Both the position numbers and the translations under genes were made by a program. DNA of 64,000 nucleotides from positions 76,416-140,415 of the forward strand of contig JBJFHM010000034.1 of the NCBI GenBank assembly GCA_051893615.1, given 5' to 3'. Source of the stretch: Oscillospiraceae bacterium. Lineage in GTDB: Bacteria > Bacillota > Clostridia > Oscillospirales > Ruminococcaceae. The notes under the pieces were generated by a model. That model was not told the DNA's origin. It saw only the letters and a program-made list of their open reading frames with translations, and searched no databases. Below are positions 56,827-64,000 of this stretch, piece after piece (the stretch's first letter is position 1; each line of letters begins with the position of its first letter).

Positions 56827-58059
56827 TTAATCTTTTTTAATACGAATGATTGAATTTTTAGGGAATGGAGTATCACACTTAAAAGAGAACTTCATCATAG
56901 AATGGTTTGCAGTTTCTACACTTTCGCCATCTTCGTTGATAATCTCCTCTATGATTAGAGTTACTGGCTTTCCTAATGGTGCTAAGATTTCAACTTCTGC
57001 ACCTTTTAGAAATTTATTCCTTTGAGTACAATATAAGATACCATCTTTATACCCATCTACTACAGCTACAACGTCATAAGAACGGATATATCCACCATTT
57101 TCGTAGTATTGACCATAGTATTTGCAGTTATTAGGGTGACCATAGAAAAATCCAGTGCAGTATTGACGGTGACTAACTTTGAAAACTTCATCTTGTAGCC
57201 ACTGTGGAAGTTGATAATTATCAGGATTTTGTTTGTAGATATCTACGGCTTGTCTATAAGCGTTGGTAATCACTGATACATAGTAACTAGATTTCGCTCT
57301 ACCCTCTATCTTTAAAGAGTTCACCCCTGCTTTGATAACATCATCAAGATGATTAATCATACACATATCTTTGGCATTTAAGATGTATGAACCATTTTCA
57401 TCTTCTATCACTTGATGATACTCCCCCTTCCTTTTTTCCTCCATTAGATAGTAGTTCCATCTACAAGGTTGAGCGCACTCACCACGATTGGCATCTCTAT
57501 TAGTAAAGTATGATGATAATAGACATCTACCAGAAAATGACATACACATCGCACCATGTACAAAAGCCTCGATATCTAAATCTCTAGGAGTTTTTGCTCG
57601 GATTTCTGCAATCTCATCAAGGGATAATTCTCTAGCTAGGACTACTCTCTTACAACCCATATTGTATAGCTCGTTAGCAGTAACATAGTTTACTATTCCA
57701 GTTTGCGTAGACATATGAATTTCCATACTTGGAGCAAACTTTTTTATCAAAGATAACAGACCTAAATCTGCCACTATTAAGGCATCAACGTTACATTCAA
57801 CGGCTTCTTCTACGAACTGCTGAAACTGTGGGATTTCATCATTTCGTGGCAGAGTGTTACAAGTTACATATACTTTAACTCCTCTACTATGACATAATTC
57901 TATAGCTTTTTTCAAAGTATCTAAATCGAAGTTTTGAGGATTTGCCCTCATACCGAAATTTTTCCTACCAAGATATACAGCATCTGCTCCGAAATCTACT
58001 GCAGAGTTTAAACGTTCCCAATCCCCAACTGGTGCTAATACTTCTAATAAATCGCTCAT
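56827..58059 (-). CDS. U32-family peptidase-like protein (YrrO/RlhA/TrhP group)
   Basis: Canonical U32 signature EAFVHGAMCMSFSGRCLLSS and KIEGR. Located downstream of mltG, as with yrrL-yrrNO in Bacillus. Confidence 0.85.
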   Translation of the reverse strand: MSDLLEVLAPVGDWERLNSAVDFGADAVYLGRKNFGMRANPQNFDLDTLKKAIELCHSRGVKVYVTCNTLPRNDEIPQFQQFVEEAVECNVDALIVADLGLLSLIKKFAPSMEIHMSTQTGIVNYVTANELYNMGCKRVVLARELSLDEIAEIRAKTPRDLDIEAFVHGAMCMSFSGRCLLSSYFTNRDANRGECAQPCRWNYYLMEEKRKGEYHQVIEDENGSYILNAKDMCMINHLDDVIKAGVNSLKIEGRAKSSYYVSVITNAYRQAVDIYKQNPDNYQLPQWLQDEVFKVSHRQYCTGFFYGHPNNCKYYGQYYENGGYIRSYDVVAVVDGYKDGILYCTQRNKFLKGAEVEILAPLGKPVTLIIEEIINEDGESVETANHSMMKFSFKCDTPFPKNSIIRIKKD

Positions 58060-58071
58060 AAAAACCTCCTA

Positions 58072-58458
58072 TTAAAAACTTTCAACATCTTTAACTGATA
58101 TTCCCAAGTAATTGGCTATTTCTTGATTACTCTTTCCCAACTGTTTAGACAACTTGACAATATTAGAAATCAGTTTAGTATTATCATTTTTAAACTTTTC
58201 GGATAACTCCTTTATTTGAGTTTCCAACTCATCGATATAGTTTAAGACATCTTCCTTAATAAAACCCTTTTGACCAGTCTTATTCTCTCTTAATTGATTT
58301 AACCTTTCCATATTTATGGTAGTATCAATTATGATGTTTCCTGATTTTAACATTTCAATCTTGGTTAGTAATTCGTTGATGTACTTATTAACATCTTCTG
58401 GGATAAATCCTCTACCAGATATTAAGGTAGTTTGTAAGGAATTTAACTCTTTATTCAT
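58072..58458 (-). CDS. small protein with two DivIVA-N-like repeats and a C-terminal HTH
   Basis: RGFIPEDVNKYINELLTKIEMLK and KGFIKEDVLNYIDELETQIKELSEK resemble the DivIVA/GpsB N-terminal motif. The C-terminus QEIANYLGISVKDVE is HTH-like. Confidence 0.55.
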   Translation of the reverse strand: MNKELNSLQTTLISGRGFIPEDVNKYINELLTKIEMLKSGNIIIDTTINMERLNQLRENKTGQKGFIKEDVLNYIDELETQIKELSEKFKNDNTKLISNIVKLSKQLGKSNQEIANYLGISVKDVESF

Positions 58459-58489
58459 AAAAAATACCTCCTAATATAAATTACTAATA

Positions 58490-58513
58490 GGGCGGATTTA
58501 AACATATCCGCCC
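58490..58513 (-). terminator. hairpin downstream of mltG
   Basis: GGGCGGAT ... ATCCGCCC forms an 8-bp GC-rich stem. The tail is AT-rich. Confidence 0.5.
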
Positions 58514-58540
58514 AAAATTAAAATATGATTACGATACTAT

Positions 58541-59929
58541 CTAATCTTCAAGAGAGATACCAGCCAATTCAAGATTTGCTTCATGTTCTTCATTGGTACT
58601 AGCATAATAAGTAATACCGTTTTCAACGTCTGCACAGAAATAGAAGTAGTTAGTAGTATCAGGATATAACACAGCTTCTATAGCGTGTAATCCAGGATTG
58701 CAAATAGCTCCAGGAGGCAATCCTGCAGATTTATAAGTATTATATGCTTCTTCCATAGTTACGTTAGAAACGTCCAAATTCTCATGGATAACTTCTTCAG
58801 CGTAAATTCTTGTAGGGTCAGATTGTAACATAGGGAAAGTATCAGGATTATCCAAACGATTGTGAAATACAGAAGATATCTTTTTCATATCTGCAACGTT
58901 TCCAGCCTCTTTTTGAACGATAGAAGCTAAAGTTATAACTTCATCTAAGGTCATATTTAAGTTTTGCATTTGAGTATAATAATTATCAGTAATCTTTTTG
59001 TCGAAGTTGTCGAAAATCTTACGAGCGACTATTTCAGGTTCTTCATCTTTGTAGAATTCGTAAGTATCAGGGAATAGATAACCCTCTAATTTAAGAAATT
59101 TTAGAGTACTCTCAACAGGTAGATAGTTGTTAAACTTATACTCACTAAGGTCGAAACCACCATTGAAATAGTAGATAAAGTTACGAGCATCACAAACGCC
59201 TTCTTGCTGTAACATAGTAGCAGCATCATATACATTTATTCCTTCAGGGAACGTTATAGTAACGACATCTTTATTATCTTGGATATTGGTTTTAAGTTCA
59301 TCAATCATATCGCCATAATCCATGCTAGGGCTAATTTGATGTTCACCAGCTACTAACGGTTTTTCATCACCAGAATTCAACTTGATAGCCAACTTAAACA
59401 ACTCTTTAACTTTTATTAGATTGTTATCATAAAGGATATCGATAATTTCATCAGTAGAAGCACCTTCTGGAATTTCTACTATATATGTGGTAGTAGACTT
59501 ATCCACACCTAGATATTCCTTAGCTAAAAATATGATAGTAGTAGATAACAACGCTGCTACTCCCAAGATTATAAATATCATGATTAAAGCAAGAGAAAGT
59601 CTTAATCCCTTAATTTTTCTTTTTACTTTTCTCTTTGGACGTTCTTCTTCTTCATAGTCGTCGTCATCGTCGTCATATTCATCATCGTCTTCATAGTCGT
59701 CATCATCGTCATATTCGTTATCGGATTGAAATTTTTTTCTACTAAAAATACTCTTCCTAGGACGTTCTTCTATTGGTTGTTCTTCTTCAAAATATTGGCT
59801 ATCGTCATCGTCATAGTACTCACCGTCTTCACCTTCAAGATATTCGTCATAGTCCTCAAGATAATCATCTTGATATAACTCATCATCTTCTAAAGTGGGA
59901 TTATTATCTTCTAAATTTTTAATACTCAT
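58541..59929 (-). CDS. mltG: endolytic murein transglycosylase MltG (YceG-like) with a long acidic N-terminal tail
   Basis: Single TM helix followed by a YceG domain (LASIVQKEA, FHNRL, LQSDPT, YNTYKSAGLPPGAICNPG). The first ~100 aa are D/E/Y-rich. Confidence 0.88.
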   Translation of the reverse strand: MSIKNLEDNNPTLEDDELYQDDYLEDYDEYLEGEDGEYYDDDDSQYFEEEQPIEERPRKSIFSRKKFQSDNEYDDDDDYEDDDEYDDDDDDYEEEERPKRKVKRKIKGLRLSLALIMIFIILGVAALLSTTIIFLAKEYLGVDKSTTTYIVEIPEGASTDEIIDILYDNNLIKVKELFKLAIKLNSGDEKPLVAGEHQISPSMDYGDMIDELKTNIQDNKDVVTITFPEGINVYDAATMLQQEGVCDARNFIYYFNGGFDLSEYKFNNYLPVESTLKFLKLEGYLFPDTYEFYKDEEPEIVARKIFDNFDKKITDNYYTQMQNLNMTLDEVITLASIVQKEAGNVADMKKISSVFHNRLDNPDTFPMLQSDPTRIYAEEVIHENLDVSNVTMEEAYNTYKSAGLPPGAICNPGLHAIEAVLYPDTTNYFYFCADVENGITYYASTNEEHEANLELAGISLED

Positions 59930-60506
59930 TCAAAGCCTCCACATAATAATATATTTTTTCAGTAAGAACCATATCTACGGAAATGTCGTAGTCATCTTTT
60001 GGGAGAGTATCAGATAGACAAGAACTATAGACCAATCCCAATTTAAAGATATCCTTGTGTAACGCTAGAAACCTATCATAATAGCCACCACCCCACCCTA
60101 AGCGATATCCAAAACGGTCAAAAGATAGGGCAGGTACTATACAGATACTTTCAGAAAAGTCTATCAACTCATTAGATGAATTTTCTACAGGCTCTAAGAT
60201 GTTATATGCACCCTTGACTAAAGAGTTCTCCTTATTTATATTAAAGAACTTCATAGACTTATCTTGGATATAACATCTTGGAGAATAAACATCAACGTTA
60301 CGTTCTCTTAAATATTCGATTAATGCTAATGTATCTACTTCCAACCCAAAAGATACGTATACTATTACAGATTTAAACTTACTGAAATCTACACTTTTTA
60401 TTAGATTTTCAAATATTTGATTATCTAAATCGCTCTTATTATCTAGTGATTTTCTAATGTTCTTAAAATCTTCTCTTAGAAGTTTTTTTCTATCATTGAT
60501 ATTCAT
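59919..60506 (-). CDS. 5-formyltetrahydrofolate cyclo-ligase
   Basis: 195 aa with C-terminal motif FDRFGYRLGWGGGYYDR. Confidence 0.88.
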   Translation of the reverse strand: MNINDRKKLLREDFKNIRKSLDNKSDLDNQIFENLIKSVDFSKFKSVIVYVSFGLEVDTLALIEYLRERNVDVYSPRCYIQDKSMKFFNINKENSLVKGAYNILEPVENSSNELIDFSESICIVPALSFDRFGYRLGWGGGYYDRFLALHKDIFKLGLVYSSCLSDTLPKDDYDISVDMVLTEKIYYYVEALNEY

Positions 60507-60508
60507 GA

Positions 60509-61051
60509 CTATTTAAACATAACACTATCTAAAAGAGACTTACTCTTTTCTTTAGATACTAACAGTTCAACCAATTTTGCACCAAACTCTAAGGCAACGC
60601 CCATGCCTCTAGCAGTTACAAACTTATTAGATACTACTACGTTATCATAGACGATGTTAGCACCTATCAAATCCTTTTCAAAGCCTTGATAACAACACGC
60701 CATTTCACCGTTTAATAATCCTTTATGACCTAATATTATAGGCCCTGCACATATACAAGCTACATAGATATTATTTTTAACACAGTAGTCTATAGCGTTT
60801 TGTACTACCTTGGATTTCTCAAGGTTTAGAGTTCCTGGCATACCACCAGGACATATAACCATTTGAACATCTTTAGAAAGTACTACCTTATCTTCAGTGA
60901 TATCAGCCTTTACAATAATATTATGTGAACCCTTGATATATTCTCCACCAATACCTACAGTAATTACCTCTATACCACTACGTCTTAAACAATCAATAGG
61001 AGTTAGAGCTTCCACTTCTTCAAAACCGTTAGCTAAAAATACGTATACCAT
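60509..61051 (-). CDS. DJ-1/PfpI-family protein
   Basis: Nucleophile-elbow Cys in VACICAGPIILG. 180 aa. Confidence 0.88.
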   Translation of the reverse strand: MVYVFLANGFEEVEALTPIDCLRRSGIEVITVGIGGEYIKGSHNIIVKADITEDKVVLSKDVQMVICPGGMPGTLNLEKSKVVQNAIDYCVKNNIYVACICAGPIILGHKGLLNGEMACCYQGFEKDLIGANIVYDNVVVSNKFVTARGMGVALEFGAKLVELLVSKEKSKSLLDSVMFK

Positions 61052-61069
61052 AATAAAAAATCCTTTCTA

Positions 61070-61729
61070 CTAAACTATTAAACTTTTTACTATTTCAAAG
61101 ATATCGTTAGATATCTCCTCAATACTACGTGGATTTTCACCATTATTACATGGAATAACTTTCCAATTGAACTTTTCTGCTGAATACATCGCCGACTTCC
61201 TACAAGATTTTAAATACGCTACATTCTCTTCATGGATATCCTTTTTAGAGTTGTCACCATCATAGCGAGAACTTAGCAACTTTTGAGAAATTTTGATAGG
61301 CATATCTAAAAAGATGGTTAAGTCTGCATTAGGTAGTTCAAGTTTGTTACATTCATAATCGTATAGCCAAGTTGAGAAACTATCCCATTGATTTTCAGGA
61401 AGTTTAGTCATTTGATGTATCAAGTTAGAGCCTATATACCTTCCCAAAAGGATTAAAGTACCATCTTTAAAATCTTTTTCCCAATCCAACTTATAAGAGG
61501 CGTACCTATCAAGGGCGTAAAAACTTGATGCAGTATAAGCATTAACACCATCGACAGTTGGAGAGAATTCCTTATTTAGATACTTTTTAACGAATACACT
61601 TGTAGGCATATCATAGCAAGGAAAACTTATGGTCTTATGCTTGATATCTAAACTATTTAACCTATCACATAAAATTTTCAATTGAGTAGACTTTCCACAC
61701 CCATCTAAACCATCGATTACTATTATCAT
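61070..61729 (-). CDS. tmk: thymidylate kinase-like protein
   Basis: P-loop IVIDGLDGCGKSTQ. Overlaps thyX by 4 nt. Confidence 0.8.
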   Translation of the reverse strand: MIIVIDGLDGCGKSTQLKILCDRLNSLDIKHKTISFPCYDMPTSVFVKKYLNKEFSPTVDGVNAYTASSFYALDRYASYKLDWEKDFKDGTLILLGRYIGSNLIHQMTKLPENQWDSFSTWLYDYECNKLELPNADLTIFLDMPIKISQKLLSSRYDGDNSKKDIHEENVAYLKSCRKSAMYSAEKFNWKVIPCNNGENPRSIEEISNDIFEIVKSLIV

Positions 61730-62493
61730 ACTTTTAAATCCTCATAGAACTTTCTAACTTCATTACACTTTCCACAAGACATCTTACCTTCTGGACAAGT
61801 GCCACACAAACAAGATGGTCCAGCATTTCTAAACAACGTAGGAGCGACATCATAGCAGAGTTTTAACATTTTATCGGCAACGTTTTTAATCTCCCATTGA
61901 GCTCTATTACAGCAACGTAATGAAAAAAAGTTCATCAATGAACGTGCATTCATGGAGACTACCATCTTAGTTTCACAGGCGTTAGGTAAGACAAAACGAG
62001 CATCTTCAATAGCCTTCTTTTCTGCTTTGGATTTAGCTACCTTTTCAGTAAATCCTTGAGATTTAAACTCTTCAAAATACTTACTTTCTAAGATATCTGC
62101 TAAGGTATTGTAATCGTCAAAAGCGTTCTGCATAGATTTGTTAAAAATTTCTAAAGTCTTTTCATCATTGGCAATGGCTGGAGGAGTAATATACACAAAG
62201 TTAGACTTTTTAACATACCTTTGAGATTGTACTGAAAATGATGCTATCCTATGACGAGTAATCTGTGCAAGCAACGTACGAGATACCCCCTCTATACCAA
62301 AAGTAAAATAGGCGTGTTCTATAGGTGATTGATGCCCTATATCATTTAACATTTCCAAAAAAGATTTAGTCTTTTCATCAGTTAGACCGTCCATTAAATC
62401 GGTAGCACTGGTATCGGAATAACATAACTTAGCCGATGCAGATACTACCTTTTCAGGAAATGGCGTATATGCAATCAAAGTGACTGTACTCAT
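61726..62493 (-). CDS. thyX: FAD-dependent thymidylate synthase
   Basis: ThyX motif RHRIASFSVQSQRY. Confidence 0.92.
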   Translation of the reverse strand: MSTVTLIAYTPFPEKVVSASAKLCYSDTSATDLMDGLTDEKTKSFLEMLNDIGHQSPIEHAYFTFGIEGVSRTLLAQITRHRIASFSVQSQRYVKKSNFVYITPPAIANDEKTLEIFNKSMQNAFDDYNTLADILESKYFEEFKSQGFTEKVAKSKAEKKAIEDARFVLPNACETKMVVSMNARSLMNFFSLRCCNRAQWEIKNVADKMLKLCYDVAPTLFRNAGPSCLCGTCPEGKMSCGKCNEVRKFYEDLKV

Positions 62494-62617
62494 AACATAT
62501 AAAGTCCTTTCTTTTTTTCAAACTCATGTTTTTATTGTATCATTTTTTAGAGAATTAGTCAATAATAAATATCTTTTTGTAATAAATTGTGTGTATTAGA
62601 AGTAACATAATTAAAAT

Positions 62618-62640
62618 AGAGTGGATTCTTTATCCACTCT
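62618..62640 (-). terminator. intrinsic terminator of the GGDEF gene
   Basis: Minus strand: AGAGTGGAT AAAGA ATCCACTCT followed by ATTTTAATT. Confidence 0.7.
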
Positions 62641-62652
62641 AACAAAATAAAA

Positions 62653-63780
62653 CTATTCACATATGATTTTATTCTTACCAGTCCTTTTAGCGATATAAAG
62701 TCTACTATCTGCCTGTTCAATGTATTTAGTAATATCGGTGGCACTAAACGTATCAGAAACGCCTATACTGACTGTAAACTTAACACCACAAGTTTCAGAA
62801 TTAGCGACGTTCATTCTAAAGTTTTCCATAATGTCTAAAACTTTGGATTTTTCTACACACTCAAAGATTATCAAAAACTCTTCGCCACCGTAACGATAGC
62901 CTTTTTGAGAAATCTTATTGATTTCTTCACCTACCAAGTGTATGCACTTATCACCAATAGGGTGACCGTAGGTATCGTTGATAGACTTAAAATTATCTAT
63001 ATCCACCATAGATACTATGATACTATTCTCCTTTGACTTGTTAATATCTTCAATATAGTGAGTAAGTGACATTCTGTTATATAGTCCAGTTAGAATATCC
63101 CTATTAGAAAGCTCCTGTAACTGTGCTGATTTATAAATGTCAGAAACTTTGGAATTATACTTAATGTGTATGAAAAATATTAGAGTAAAGACTAATATCC
63201 CTAAGTTAAACAAAGTATTGATTATCTCAATAAGGATAGTATTTTCAAATACTATGTTGCCGAGTTCATCACGGGAACTATCTAATGTGATAAATATCAT
63301 AAATAAGCAGTACAATATTGTATCGATAGTAGTAATATATCCAAAACGTTTTGGTTTAAGGTACAGTATAGACATATCTATGATACCTCCCACAAAAGCT
63401 GAATAAGAACCAGTATAATATAGGTCTAAACAAGATGCCACTAACACCCAAATCATACTTTCATAGATAAAAATATCTATCTTATGACTATAATTATCAA
63501 TCTCCATACTTTCATCATAGAAGATTTTCCTATAATAGGTGATAAATCCTATTTGAAATAGGTACAAGATTATATATAGATAGTTACCTATTATCTGTGC
63601 TTCACCCTCAACGAATATTATATAGTACAGACTTAATAGAATAGTAGATATATTCATACATAACATCAAGATATACCATATATTGTATATTATTCTGTTG
63701 GTATTCCTAATTTCCATCTCACAGATTTTGGTATTATAAAACTCCTTAGGAATATGGAATAATTTTTCTATTATATTCAT
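62653..63780 (-). CDS. membrane-bound diguanylate cyclase (GGDEF domain)
   Basis: N-terminal multi-TM region and a C-terminal GGDEF domain with an intact RYGGEEF active site. Confidence 0.9.
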   Translation of the reverse strand: MNIIEKLFHIPKEFYNTKICEMEIRNTNRIIYNIWYILMLCMNISTILLSLYYIIFVEGEAQIIGNYLYIILYLFQIGFITYYRKIFYDESMEIDNYSHKIDIFIYESMIWVLVASCLDLYYTGSYSAFVGGIIDMSILYLKPKRFGYITTIDTILYCLFMIFITLDSSRDELGNIVFENTILIEIINTLFNLGILVFTLIFFIHIKYNSKVSDIYKSAQLQELSNRDILTGLYNRMSLTHYIEDINKSKENSIIVSMVDIDNFKSINDTYGHPIGDKCIHLVGEEINKISQKGYRYGGEEFLIIFECVEKSKVLDIMENFRMNVANSETCGVKFTVSIGVSDTFSATDITKYIEQADSRLYIAKRTGKNKIICE

Positions 63781-63926
63781 TTTAAAAACTCCTTTTGTAT
63801 AAGTTTTTTATAAAAATCTTTTACAGTTCTTTTTTGATATTATAACATATAACCATCAACTTTTCAAGAAATAATTAGTGAAACGTATAGTAAAAAATAG
63901 TCTTTATCAAAAGGTCAGCAAGAACA

Positions 63927-63947
63927 CCCCCACCTCTTAGGTGGGGG
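63927..63947. other. GC-rich hairpin (CCCCCACC TCTTA GGTGGGGG)
   Basis: An 8-bp all-G/C-rich stem in AT-rich intergenic DNA near the window edge. It has no clean U-run on either strand. Confidence 0.4.
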
Positions 63948-64000
63948 ATAAATTGTGTTAGATGTAAGTTTTTACTGAGTTAAAACATATTTTATAGTAT

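Noticed and set aside
62559-62744. A 61-aa minus-strand ORF overlapping the 3' end of the GGDEF gene and its terminator.
   Set aside because: It is an alternate frame of a supported gene plus terminator hairpin, with no RBS.

Overview
This is an AT-rich window (G+C judged by eye at about one third or less, not computed) that looks like chromosomal DNA of a low-GC Firmicute (Clostridia-like). Two secreted proteins carry cellulosome-type dockerins. Gene density is high and most genes lie on the minus strand.

Contents in order:
- a secreted C39-like peptidase with SH3b repeats and a dockerin
- ilvD, a ROK glucokinase, and tyrS with a T-box leader
- a CUT1-type sugar ABC importer (binding protein plus two permeases), a LacI regulator, a GH13 enzyme and an HD hydrolase
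- a small CAZyme islet: a PL1/PL9-like pectate lyase with a dockerin, a GH5 lipoprotein and an orphan anti-sigma-like ATPase
- a VanY/LdcB-like protein with substituted catalytic residues
- anaerobic cobalamin biosynthesis split into three blocks: cbiH-cbiJ-cbiET; cbiD-cbiA-cobT-cobU-cobS ... cbiB-cobD-cbiP-cobO-cbiC; and cbiF-cbiG
- a redox module: an Fe-ADH, nfnAB, a LysR regulator, adhE and rex
- nfo, pepV, pgm and rpmE
- recQ, a U32 peptidase, mltG, 5-formyl-THF cyclo-ligase, a DJ-1 protein, tmk, thyX and a GGDEF cyclase

I saw no rRNA, tRNA, CRISPR array, transposase or integrase.

The window is mostly core metabolism. The most unusual items are:
- a stand-alone promoter-to-terminator unit at 27.57-27.79 kb with two paralogous mini-ORFs (MPIEIGWD and MPIEIGGSSEYKY)
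- uncharacterised genes embedded in or leading the B12 operons: a 299-aa protein, a truncated CobU paralog and a 142/126-aa pair
- a 59-aa protein paired with a Cys-rich 311-aa protein that may be U32-like
- no visible cobalamin riboswitch in front of any B12 block

All domain calls come from motif recognition by eye. No searches were run.
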